From Lytechinus pictus (lineage: Eukaryota), in NCBI RefSeq assembly GCF_037042905.1, contig NC_087251.1:15130001-15194000 (forward strand): 64,000 bases of DNA, given 5' to 3'. The notes beneath the pieces are model-generated. The model was not told the DNA's origin. It did not search any database and was given only the letters and a program-made list of their open reading frames with translations. Positions 1 through 13,098 of this stretch are shown here, one piece after another; position 1 is the stretch's first letter, and every line of letters begins with the position of its first letter. The position numbers were made by a program, and so were the translations under genes.

Positions 1-470
1 GATAATGAAATGGGGGTCAGGAGGGGGAGTTTAGAAAGAGAGAATGTGAGAGAGAGACAGAGAGACATAGATAGGTGAATGCATATATAGATAGATCGAT
101 AGATTAATATAGATAGATAGAAAGATAGAAAGATAGATAAATACATGCATAGATGGATGGATGGATGAATGGAAAGAACGATGGATAGATGGAAGAATGT
201 ACGGATGGATCGAGGTAGATAGAGAGGGTCAGATACAGAGACAAAGATAGAGACAGAAGGAGAGAAAGTGAGAGAGAGAGAAAGAAGTCTAAGGGCAACA
301 ATGAATGAAATATAAATAGAGATGGGGGAGAAAGAGTGAAAGATGGATATTTAGAGATAGGGAGCATGCAGTGATTGATAACAAATAGAAAAAATGGAAG
401 ACAGTAGAAATGAAAGAGCTAATTTAAGACTGAAAGATTGAAGATAAGTGAAGTTGAGATAAGAAGGACA
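1..470. repeat. GA/GATA-rich low-complexity tract
   Basis: (GA)n, (GATA)n, (GGAT)n. Similar tracts at 21960-22480, 25300-25450, 37210-37550, 40440-40680 and 61900-62180. Confidence 0.85.
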
Positions 471-1711
471 AATAATGGTGAATTGTGCATGGAAGAGGGC
501 CTACGTGTTTATTGTAAGAGAGTAATGGGATTATTATTGTAATATTGGATTGTAATTTCCAATTGGAGGGCTATGCATTTCATCTCAAAGTATTCAGTGA
601 CTGTCCTTGAATCTTGACCCATAAAGACTTAAACAGAATGATCTTATGATTAAAATAAGATATACTGAATGCTCCTGAATGAATGCTTGAGTCATTCTAT
701 CATTAATTGCATGAACAACGTGACCTATGCTGTGTAATCTTCCAAAAGCTTTTTATACTTGTCGTCGATTAGTATCATTTTTTTTCTGGGAATCATTAAT
801 AAATGGATCAAGACAAATTGATCCCATTGGCAATGAGGAGAAATATTTCATCTCCCAAGTTTTTTTTCTGTTCCCAATTGTCATAATTGAGAAAGAAAAT
901 TCAATCATTTATGTACCATGAGATATCGATGGTGATGCCAAATGCCCAAGACGGGATAAATTTCCAAATTGAGGCAGAGGAAAAGAGTGTGCCACAGGGG
1001 CTGGAGTGTCAGACGAAATCAGATCTCTTGGGTTTGAATTGGCGTCAAGCACAAACCTAATGTAGTACTAAGACAGAAGAGAAGGGCAATATTCAATGAA
1101 TGAGTTGCCAGTTGGTCTCATCCCACTTGGCCTAATGACTTTCTTTTCATCCCATTTTATCTTCTATCCCAAGGGTTTCTTTATGGAGGAGGGAAGAAAA
1201 AAATATCATACTGGGGACTAAATTTATTTTCCTCATTGGGTAGCTGGTTGTATTGAATATTTACTCTGTCCAGAAAGCTTATTTGTCTAAACACATGTTC
1301 TGTCTTTTCCTGTTTTTTTTTGTCCATGGCAAAGAAAAGCTTGTCACCCGCTTCTCAAATCCCCTCAAACTAAGAATACAACACATAACTGGCAGAGACA
1401 GTTTGGGTGCAGTCCCAGGTTTGTCTGCAGGCACAGACCCTGATTGAAACTTTGATCAACAAGTGTGTATCCACGCACAGACTAGCACATACAAAACTTG
1501 CTGTTTTGAGGGCCTTCAGTACACATGAGGAATGAGTAGGCTGCAATTCAGACCCTTTACTCAAGTGAAGGGTTTGCACAGCAGACTAGTCCCAGGCATT
1601 CTTATCTGTGTGCAGTGATCATGTTGATGATTCCATTGCTTGTATACTGCAAACACTGTTCAGTTCTTAAATTAGCAAATAGCCACCACTTCAAGACAGT
1701 TTCACAACCTG

Positions 1712-1847
1712 GGTCCCTTTGTATGAAAATTTACTATGATGGTAACTGAACTATCCAGTCATAACTACCATGACAACAATACTCATCAGCTAATCAAATT
1801 CAGGGATTATATGAAAATCACTATTGGATGGTTTATGCAACAGGGCC
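1712..1847. mobile_element. Degenerate short PIF/Harbinger-like MITE
   Basis: CTG flanks on both sides, ggtccc... / ...cagggcc ends, homologous to 18426-18548. Confidence 0.55.
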
Positions 1848-2111
1848 CTGAAGCATTATCAGAGGGAAAAATGACTGCAGAAACATCTATTAATGTGCAA
1901 ATTTTCTGTGAGGTTTATGTCTGGATTTTGAATTTAATGGTACTTCTGCCAAGAAAAATCTTGAAAACATGCATGGTTATGGATTATAGAAGCTAAGTCT
2001 TATGACAAACATTGTAAACAGGAGTGGAGTTGATTCCTCAGCTCTTGTCTTATCAATTGACATATTTGCCTACACATGTTCCCTTCCTCTCTCTGTTTCA
2101 TTTGTAATATA

Positions 2112-2931
2112 CAGTGCATCCCAGAAAAAACAAAACCAAGTTTAAGCGATGATTTATCATAACTTAATCACAAATACAATAGACAAATGACCTACCAATG
2201 TAAAGCTTAGAATCTCCTCTTTCATCTGATATTACCTAGATTATTCCCCATTCACGCATGAGTGAGCAAAAACAATTTGAAGAAAGGATACCAAAAACTC
2301 TTTTTGCGGGGGGTATCTAAATTTCAAAGAGAAAATCACATGCCTAGAAAGTTCAATATCTGCTCTTTTATTTGATACCTTAATCACAAAAAATGGTCAA
2401 GAAGTAAAAAAGTTATGTTCCCTCGAAACAATGCTTGTATTTCTATAATTTCATTAAATAAACGTGTTTTCACCGGTTACCCACAGAAGCTATCGCATGG
2501 TTAACAAAAGACTTAATGCATGGCTGATCGTCAACAAAACGGAGTGTCAAGTGAGTTTGAACGCTAGCCTGTAGAACCTCTTAATTTTATGAAATTATTG
2601 AAATTCAAGCCTTATTTTAAATAACCAGAACTTTGTTATTTCTTGACCATTTTCTGTAATTGAGGTATCAAATTAAAGAGCAGATACTGAACTTTTTAAA
2701 AATGTGGTTTTCTTTTTGAAACCCAGATACAGCCCGCCAAATAACATTTTGGTATCCCCTCTTCAAATTGTTTTTGCTCACTCATGCGTGAATGAGAAAT
2801 AATCTAAGTAATTTCAGATGAAAGAGGAGATTCTAAGCTTTACAATGGTAGGTCATTTGTCTATTGTATTTGTGATTAAGTTATGATAAATCATCGATAA
2901 ATCTTGGTTTCTTTTTTTGTGGGACGCACTG
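2112..2931. mobile_element. Non-autonomous Tc1/mariner-type element with ~300-bp TIRs
   Basis: TA|CAGTGCATCCCA ... TGGGACGCACTG|TA. Long imperfect inverted arms ~2112-2415 and ~2628-2931; TA duplication. Confidence 0.88.
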
Positions 2932-5526
2932 TATAGATGTAGCTGTGTGGAGATAAACATTGTCTATATATACACACAAAGAATACATTATGATCAAAAT
3001 GATTTTGACCTTGGTATTTTGAAACTATATCATATCGTTGATAACAATGCATCTGTCAGGAAAGACTGTCTCTCAAAACATTCATTTCATATTGTTTTGG
3101 TAATAGAAAATAATATTGAAACTTATATTTTTGTACTTCCTTTTCCTTGTAGTCATAGATAAATGACTCTTTGGAAAACAAAATTTAATTGAATTAAAGT
3201 CTAATTACATGCATTTTGAATTTCTGTAGAATTCTGCTGGAAAATTCAGACTGTGGTATGTAATAGAGTTTGTGCCATTCTGTCCATTGTTTTTGTTTCA
3301 ATTAACCAGATACTGATGTACAAAATTTGAAAATAATATGATGATAAAGTAAATTGATTTGTCTTTTACTTTATTTTAGTTTAACTGTTTAATTTTACTT
3401 TACAAATTTTAATAGCATATTTGGTCATAAGAGAAAAGCTCTCAACTAAGTAATAACCAGTCCTATGTAAAAATATGCTATATAAAAGACTTTATGCATA
3501 GCAGTCTTTCAAAAATGTGGAGCAAATCGCGATGCGATACTAGGAAAATTATTCCCTGCATATATTTTTCAATCTAAAAAATGGGGCATCTTTTATTCTT
3601 GAAAATATGATTTTGATCTAAATCTAGTTATTTTGGCTTCCAATTTTAAGATGCATTGTGGGTCTCTTGGGTAGAGACTATTAGGTTTTAATACTGAGTG
3701 ATAGTGAGCCTAATGGATAGGAGTTAGGATATGTTCATACTTGGCATTATGTGGCATAGTATATTTAAACGTAATTTGACAGAACTCATTTCTCATTTTC
3801 ATGATGAAAAATACTGGTTATGAATGTTGATGGAAAACTTGCTGAAAGGTGAATTGGAAAATCTCAAAAATTTAAAGAAAGCATTGTTTGAGGTAGGCTA
3901 GTTTGAGGAAAATTTTAATTTATCACTTTATAATCACATACAACGTTTTACTTGATATGAATTAAAATTAAACTCAAGTTGAGATTGATCTCAATTCACT
4001 GAAGTGTATCAATCCAAACTTGAGTTTGATTTTGAATCTATTGCACTTATTGTGTAAGACCAGGCCCTGCTCTTCTTAGCAGTTGGACAGAGACTATCCT
4101 CTCTTGAATTGCATGTTGAAATGCTCTTCCAAAAAGTTCAAGTTCATTCTTTGTTTTAAAATCAGTGTATAAACACATCCAAAGTGGGGGAATTTGCACA
4201 ATCAATGATATTTTCTAAGATCTGTCTCGGCGGATACCTTCTTAAGTGGCTTGCATCATTTGTGGAGGGGTCGCTGATGAAGCAATCATGTGCGTAGTCT
4301 GTTATCTTATAGACTCAAGTCTCGGTTGATATTTTTTGGGTGGCTTGTGAAGAGGCCAGAGTTCAAGAAACTTTAATTTTAATATGTACAGTGAACTCAA
4401 GTCCTATAGTCAGGCAGGAGAATGTATAGATGCAAATGAAATTTGTATATCTTTCTTAAAAAAGTTTTGTCTGCGTGACTAGCATGCATCATTTTACAGA
4501 TAGCTGAATGAATGTTTTGCAGTTTTACTTGCTCTTTATATATAAATGCAAAAATATCACAGATTTCATAAAAAATGAATTTTCTTCACCAAATTGTATT
4601 CACCTGCATGACTTGTTCCATTCACTTTTAGAGTTACATGCTCTCTTTGAGGGAAGAAGCATATACATGTAGTAGAAATATGCTATTTTAGTTAACTGCA
4701 TGTTTAATAATTTTGATCCAAAGAATATACTAGAACAAGTGAGAAATTTGTAGGTGTATAGGACTGAGTAAGAAGTGTAGAAAGAAAATGAGAAGAAATC
4801 AATAAGAGATACTATTAGTCAAAGAGAAATATGGACTAAAATGAAGGGGGAGAGATGGATAGATCAAGGTAAAGAAAGTCATTTGTATCCATTGATTGGG
4901 TGAAAGTCGAGAGAGAGAGAGAGAGAGATTGTGCTAGAACTTTTTACTGTGTCATACACCTATCTAACTAGGCCTCTCGCCCCAGTTTTAATGAAATCTG
5001 GGACATGTGACACTCACTTTGTGTACGTGAAGATTCTCTCGTACAGTGTTTGCCTTCCAAGCCTTCAAGGAACTCTAGCCAGCTGTAGAAAGTTGTAGAT
5101 CCATTGACTGTGGCATTTAAAGTAATACTTTTGAGTAAGAAAAGTACTACTTTATGATAACCAGTGCCCTTTATCCACTCTGAAGAGTGCTTAAAGTGCT
5201 CATTGTAATTTGTACTATCAGTTTAGTTCGCCCACCATTCCCACATTCAAAGCATTGCAAGGAATAGATATACCCAATCACACTTATGTTTTTTTTTTAT
5301 TATTCATTGGGCAATTGATAAAACGTTGGTTACAAGTAGCATTTAGTTTGAACTTTGTGGATTAATTAAAATTTTATGTATGTCATGGTGTACTAGCTCT
5401 CAAAATGATGATGATCACCATTATCACTAATGTTAGATTAGCTTTGTAACTGATAAAAAGCAGGATCTTCAAAATAAGTGCATAATTGCTTAACAGAGCT
5501 CTTTTAGACTCTTGTGGTTACCCACT

Positions 5527-5975
5527 CTGCACCAGCTTGAGTTTTCAAATTACATGTAGCACGCTATTTCTGATCTGTCAAATTATCCCGATCTGAATAA
5601 TCTCGAGATTATGGAGACGCAATTATCGCGCTAGTTCGCTGGATTAATCTCAAGATTAACCATGACATACATAGAATTATTAATCAATCAACAAAGTATC
5701 AAATTAAATGCTCCTTGTGACCAAAGTCTTATCAATTGCCCAAGTCAAGTTGGGATTATTTGCAAAATATTATGAATTATCCCGCTAATTTGCAGGTGCA
5801 GACGCACTTGGGATTATTTATTCACGGCGTCAGACCATAATACATTGATGCCTCGCTAAGCAGGAATCGCTCTTCTTGCGATGGTGGAGACGTGGTTTCT
5901 TGAATCTCGAGATTAATCGTGAAGAGGGCTGATCGGGCTAAAATCTCGAGATTGAGCAAACTCGGGCTGGTGCAG
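5527..5975. mobile_element. Small inverted-repeat element with internal palindromic AATCTCGAGATT motifs
   Basis: Ends ctgcaccagcttgagttt / aaactcgggctggtgcag are inverted. Palindromic motif recurs near 5598, 5646, 5903 and 5942. Confidence 0.6.
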
Positions 5976-7155
5976 CACCGCCTGTAGTCAGTGCAAATGG
6001 GCCTAGCTGCTGGAATACAAAAGTGAAACTAGAGATGCAATAGAATACCAAAAGAATCCCGACTGCTTGCTTCCATCTCAAAGTCTCAATACAAATTAAT
6101 TTCCATTTAAAGCTAAAAATCCCTTTGTCGTGATGTCCTGACTACTACCTTTGACAATACCTCATGGTTTTACGCCCTTCTTGCAGACATCCCAAGACAT
6201 GCAGATATTTGTATTCACCCCCATGATATCTGGAGATGTAATTATGTAGACCCTCTGATGGTTGTCGTGTTGTCCGACGACACATTAATCATGTGACGAG
6301 TGTGGATGGAATGGAGTTGCTCATTGTCTGTACACGATGGCACATCCAATGATTGACAGGCTAATTAGCCATTGAGAAAGCAAAACAAGCAACCATCTTT
6401 GGCCGACATATTTCTTGGGCCCTTTCATGAGTGGACTGTCTGCATTCAGCTAAAACTTACAGTTGTAACGTAATAGAATGAGTGTCGGCTGCATTCAATC
6501 ACATTTTTTTACCTGTAGAAACACAGTGTTTTCAAAGACATTGACCTATATTTTGAAACCCAAGTTTAACCTTGGTCTCATCTGAGCTAAAATGTTGGGA
6601 AGTTTGTAGTGTCAAGAATTTTTTATACTGTAATGCTTCTTGTGTTTACTTTGATCCTTTCCATGTTTTGATGGTGTTGAAAACTATCATACTTATCATT
6701 TCAAGACAATTTTGATGATTTCATTGCAGAATTTTGTGATCTTTTAATTTAAGAGATTGATGTCATATTTGACTATCCATAGTTAAACCACAAATTTAGA
6801 CCATGGTTAAACTGTAGTGCAGAATATCATGGAGCTATCAACACAGCTCCATGAGAATATCAGGCCCTTTATTTTAAACCATGGTTGCATATGAGCAGTT
6901 TTGTGGTAAAAATCTTTGTTTGAACATCCATGCACTTCGAATTGACCTTTATTTCCTGGGTTTAACTGTGCAGGAGCTGCCCAGTGGCCGGGTTTGACAT
7001 CGGGAATAATCATCTTGGATGAGAAATTGCTTTAAACACAATGAATATAATGCATCAGTTAAGACAAAGATACGTTTTGCTGCCATATTAAATAGCATTT
7101 CATACTTTGTTTACCATGTAATGAGTCCTGTGTCTGTTACCACAAATAACAACAA

Positions 7156-7995
7156 TTGTATCCCTCTTATGAATATTCATGAGTATTCTAGATAAACGAT
7201 TGGTCAATTCGTGATCATGTGACAAAGTATAATTTCAATAGGAAAACACATCGCTGCAATTAGCTCTGTATAGCTTTCTTATAGCTCCGTATATTTTTTT
7301 ATATACTTTCATGGGCAGAACTGCGCATGCTCATGCTCAATATTTTCTCTCAACTTTGAATTGCGCATGCTCCCTGACTGATCATCCGCAAAAAGTAAAT
7401 AAAGTAAAATACAAGCTCTCGCCCAAATTACCGTGCCGACAATCTGAAAAACAGTGTGGAATTGGGTCTAGATTACAATGCAGAAAATCTAATTCCGACG
7501 GCCATTCATACAGGATCCTTTGATATGGAATAAACATACCTAACAAGGTGAGTCAAGATCCGATACTAATTTTTAGAGCATACGTTTTAACTGCGCGTAT
7601 TTATTTTTGAGTGCCACTGCAGCAACGGCAAACGCAGCGCAAACCTCTCATTAAGTGCAGTCGGGTAGAAGCCACGCGCAGCCTACCCATGGACTGTCTA
7701 GCAATTAGCTCGACACAGGCCTAGAGTAGGACTAGGTCCGGTAACGTTAGATTTGGTCGAGATTGGTTAAAAATCAGCAAGGACTAGGTCCACAAAGTTA
7801 AAGAGGGATATAAACAAATATATCAGGCGTTTCTTTCGAAAGCATAGTGGAATTATTAATCCTCGGTTGGACTGGCAATGTAACTATTTTTCCCTCGGGG
7901 CTTCGCCCCTCGGGAAAAATAGTAATTGCCAGTCCAACCTCGGATAAATAATTCCCACTATACTTTCTCAAAGCCTGATATATTTGTATAATATC
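7156..7995 (-). mobile_element. Non-autonomous element with long terminal hairpin and asymmetric inverted repeat (Crypton-like or Helentron-like; unassigned)
   Basis: IR tatccctctt (7159-7168) / aagagggata (7801-7810). ~190-bp hairpin 7807-7995 centred on gcttcgc (7900-7906). CpG-rich body. Confidence 0.65.
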
Positions 7996-10900
7996 TTTAA
8001 TATTGAATTGATCTTATTTTTACTTTTTACGAGTTGCTATGTAATCTTCAAGCATATGCTGAATTACCAATGAAGCAGATCCATTTTACCCTGTTCCTTT
8101 CCTAAGGGAAAACTCAACTCTCCTTCCTCACCACAATCAAATGAAAATATTCCGACCATTAAATCTGTCATTGGTTGCCATGGTTTTCTATGTTGCTTCT
8201 GATTCTTTGCTTCAGGAAAGTGGGAAACATACAAATGATGCAGTATTATAGTTTGCCTTGGATTTTTGCATATATATGTTTGTGAATAATGTTCAGCATC
8301 TGTAAAGCCAGTGCTCATTAGGCAACGTGACAATGGTTTTCCAGATTTTACTTGCCTTTGATTCAATGAGGAAGATGACTTCCAGAGTAGGATTTCTATG
8401 GCGAGTTCATGCATTGGTTTTCTACATTGCAATCTCCTAAAAGAATCTAAAGCAATATCATACTGATATTTTTATTTATAAAGTCAGGTCACTTTTTTAA
8501 GATGGATGGATAAGTAGGTTGATGGAAAATGAGAGGGTTGCCGTGGCTTGTGCATCTTCCAGATACAGGAGCAGCACCACAGAATGGTGGGGGCAGGGAA
8601 ACAATTTTGTGTTTACAAGTATATAGTAAACAAAGAAGAAAGGGAGACATATAGGAGGAAGATAGAAGAAAAGAAGAGTATCCAAAAGGAAGGTCTGTGT
8701 CATATAAATACGACATCACCTTTATGTCATCTTGCCTTCCTGTCAAAATACCCTGCCTCTGTCCCTATCCAGATGATCAAGATGATCATGTAACTTCCAT
8801 ATTGCTGATAAATAATATCAAAAGCCTGTCTTGTTTTAAAGTCATGTCCTGTCAAAATGTTCCTGTGAACATTAATCATTTTATGCTAAGAAGAGTGAAG
8901 CATAAAGTTAAAATATATCACTGAAAGGCTTTGAGGGAAAACTAGAAGATGTATAACATAATTTGGCATTTGCCCACCCTCCCCATGGAGAAAGACATAG
9001 TACACTTATGTTATAAAAAAATATTATTTTGATATTTTTTGTCTTGCATTTAAATGTTTCCCATGCATACAAAATCAAATAAAGTTTGGATGAGATGAGA
9101 AGTAGGTCGTTAAAGAGGGGGTATAGGGAAACCAGACAATGGATCATACTGAATTGTGCCCAACCTCTTTGATATGGATAAATCACATTGTACTCTCTCA
9201 AGAGATAATGATTAACTATTGAATAATAATATCATATGTTATATTTTGTTCTTATCTTGCTCTCAAACGTTTCCCTAAATAGGAAATCAATTACTTTGTA
9301 ATAGTTGAACAGGTGAAAGGCGGCTTTTGAAGAGGGTTTCACAGAAAACCAACCAATCCATCATAAAGTCTTGTGTCTACAATTTCTACAAACACTCTAG
9401 GAGGTTAAAACCATCCTTTATGTTATAGCTTTTCTTCTATTTTTTAATATTTTACTAAAATGAAAAAGAGTGTTGTTGAATAGCCCTTCAGGGGAAGCAG
9501 CCTATCGATCCCACCTACATACTTTACGGGTTATCTATAAACATGTACTAGTATCTCATACGCTGGAGCGTAGATTTGAGAGCCATCTTTTATTCCTCTT
9601 TTATGCTTTTTTAAATATTCCTCCCCACTCAAGAGCAATTCAAGTGTAAAAAGATTGAATGGATGACAGAAAAGTCCTGTAGGGAAAGCCAGACTGCATC
9701 AATTATTTCCCTCACCTTCCCCTTCCAAGATGACATACTTATTTCATACTTGCCTGGAATCAATTTGAAAACTGGAACATGACATAAAGTAAAGCCATTT
9801 TATTGCTTGTATTTCATACCTATGGTATGCCTTTCAAACATCCTTTTGTATAAAATCTTCCATGCTCATGCTCATATCAGCCCATATAAACCTGTTTAGG
9901 CATTCTGATGAATTTAATGCATTGCTTAATCATTGGTGTCAAAACTACACCAGCCAGTGGTGTGGGAGGACTGCACCAAGCATTTTTAGAACTGCCAACC
10001 ACTACGTTTTTGCAACCAAAATATTTTTTTTTAAATACAAAATCATAATTTATTGAGAAACATCATCTCTATATCTCTCTATTTCATAACACTTACACAA
10101 ATATTGTAATTGGATGAATGAAATTTCAGGTAACTTGCTTTTTTCAATTATTTTTTTTAAAACCAGGGTGAGATATAACCATGTTTCAATTTTTTTTCAT
10201 CTGCAAGAGCAGTGCACATCTTATCAGAGAACAGGCTAGTGATTGTTACGTTGAGACAATTTTTTTTTAAATACTCTCTTTTTTGTCAAAAAGTACTTAT
10301 TTTCCCTTCTAAGAATACTTTTTTGTGGAAGAAGGTTGGCAGGTCTGCATTACTCTAGAATCAATTGATTCTTGCTATTATTACTACGGCATAGAATTAG
10401 CTTAACATGCAGCTTGAGCGCTGCGATGAGTGCGCTTTCCACCATTTGGACTCCTTTTTTTTCCTTCAATTTTTCATTCCCAGAGATGGCAGATCTGCAT
10501 TTTACACCAGTATTCAAATTATAGTGTCAATTCAACACCTACATGTATGTTATTCTGTTTTTATTAACATTATGATGTTATATTAAAACCAAACTCCATG
10601 GTGTATTTAAAATCTGAGGGTGTTGGACTCTTTGAACACCAACTTGTGCTGTTTTTTTAACAACATAGTCTTTTCAATGTGGGCATCCTTGGAACTGGAA
10701 TAGCAACAAAATCTTATCAATTAATTGAATTTTTGTACACAGTTTCCAATAGCAAAAATACTAATTTGAACAGTTATAGTGTAACAGGGCATAGATGTCA
10801 TAAAGCCCAGTTAAAATGATTTACTCACATTTGAATGATATCAGTGTTTCCAATTTTTTCTTTAAAACTTTGATGCTTTTAGTTACAAAGTTTAGTGCTA

Positions 10901-11087
10901 ACTTAAAAAAAAATTAATTATCTAGCTATCTAGCCTCATAAAAGCACACTTCTCTGTCACAATAATTTCATTCCTGATATTTATTAAGTTAAAAATTCAC
11001 ATAATATCTTTGGTAGATATGAAGTAAGTAATGAAAAAAAAAAGTATCTTAAGAGTATCTTGAAAGTATCATAAAAGGATTGGGGGA

Positions 11088-11262
11088 GGGGGTGTTTCAC
11101 AATGATTTATGACTTAGAGTCGCACTTAAATGCTGACACGTACATAATATGCAATGCACAATCTTATTGATCAATACGCAGTAGTGCGTGTCCTCTTGGC
11201 ATGATCTGAACAATGCAGTCAAGTGTGACTCTTGAGTCATTTTTAAATCTTTGTGAAACACC
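11088..11262. mobile_element. PIF/Harbinger-like MITE (same family as 21198-21410)
   Basis: TIRs ggtgtttcacaa / ttgtgaaacacc. Shared core atcttattgat...tacgcagtagtgcgygtcctc. Confidence 0.75.
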
Positions 11263-12032
11263 CTGAGGATAGAGTGATATCTTGTTCTCTCAATGAGAAA
11301 GCTACTGTCACAGGAGCATATGTAATTAAACATTAAATTTGAGTCCCTGTATTGATATCAAGGTCCCTCAATTCTTTGATTGATTGCGAGAATCAAAATG
11401 AATTCATTTTTCATCCTCCCCTCAAACGCATCCACCCTCCAAATTTGAAAACATTATTTTTTCGGGTATTACTCCAACATTTCATGTGAAGTCAGTGTAA
11501 ACATGATGTGCAATAAACGGCACAGAACATTGATGAAATGGGTGGTATATTAGCGATTATTGTGGCAGAAGATGGATGGGTATGGGGATTGGTGGCGACA
11601 GCCGTGCAAGATGCTGCCTTGAGAACCACCGCTTGTCAAAACACATTCATCATCGGCATCATCCTGGCCTCTTTAAAGAGAGCACTGTGGATTCATGTAG
11701 AGAGAAAACCAGTTGAGGGCTTTCTTATTCCTTGTATGGTAGTGCTGAAAAACTTTTTTGGATTTATCTTTAACTCTAAGGATATATTTTATATAAATCT
11801 TTTAGCTTTACATTCAAATTAACAAAGTTTAAAACTAAACTTAATGTTCAGCTGGTCACCATTATTTTAGCTGATCTGAGTTTATTTGAAATTGAAATCC
11901 TAGAAAAAATAAAGTGTACATGTAAATGGATCCATTGTCATTACTGTATTACAGTTTACAAACCAAATCACAGGAACTCCTGAATAAAACTTCAGGGGCG
12001 CATCTTCTTCTAAAGGGAAAAGTGTGGCTTAG

Positions 12033-13098
12033 TTTTTGTCTCGCCTGCATTAAGAGCAAGACTATAGGCGCCGCTTTTCCGACTGCGCTGGTGGCGGGGT
12101 CGTCAACATCAAATCTTAACCGAAGGTGTTTGAAATGTCATCATAACTTAGAAAGTATATGGGCCTAGTTCATGAGTCTTGGACATAATTGTTATCAAGT
12201 ATTACTGAACATCCTGCCAGAGTATGATGTCACATGACCAAGGTCAAAGGTCATGTAGGGTCAATGAACGTAGACCATGTTGGGGAATCAACATCAAAAT
12301 CTTAACCTAAGGTTAAGTTTTTGAAATGTCATCATAACTTAACTTTTAAAGTTTATGGATCTGGTTCATGAAACTTGGACATAGGAGTAATCAAGTGTCA
12401 CTGAACATCCATGTGAGTTTCAGGTCACATGATCAAGGTTAAACGTCATTTAGGGTCAATGAACTTTGGCCATGTTAGGGGGTATTTGTTGATTTCCATC
12501 ATAACTTTGAAAGTTTATCGATCTGGTTCATGAAACTTGGACATAGGACTAAGAGTAATCAAGTATGCTGAACATCCTTTGTGAGTTTCAGGTCACATGA
12601 CCAAGGTCAAAGGTCATTTAGAGTCAATGAACTTAGATTATGTTGGGGGAATTAGTTGAATTTCTATCATAACTTTGAGAGTTTATAGATCTAGTTAATG
12701 AAACTTGGATATAAGAGCAATCAAGTATCAGCAAACATCCTGTACAAGTTTCAGGTCACATGACGAAGGCCAAAGGTCATCTAGGGTCAACAAACTTTGG
12801 CCATGTTGGAGGTATTTGCTTACTTGCCACCATAACTTGAAAAGTTGAAGATCTAATTCATGAAACTTAGAATTTAGAGTACCGGTAATCAAGTATCATT
12901 GAACATCCTGCTTGAGATTCAGGTCACATGACCAAGGTGAAAGGTCATTTAGGGTCAATGAACATAGTATTTTATTTTCATATGAATTGTGGGTTTTTTG
13001 TTGTAAATAACTTTTCAATAGTTGTTTTTCAAAGTCAGCACTGCTGTTGTATTGAATGGCGTAATGCAGGCGAGACTGCCAGAGGCGTTCCTCCTGTT
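12033..13098 (+). mobile_element. Helentron-associated non-autonomous element (HINE/Tsp/pearl-like) with five internal ~165-bp tandem repeats
   Basis: T-run start; perfect 15-bp subterminal IR gtctcgcctgcatta (12038-12052) / taatgcaggcgagac (13062-13076); partial 5' IR partner gcaagac; short GC microsatellite; five repeat units; short 3' tail. Confidence 0.8.

Noticed and set aside
7500..7555. Strong donor aag|gtgagt as candidate end of RyR exon 1
   Set aside because: Lies inside a mobile element, and the upstream translation lacks the expected FLRT-like motif.
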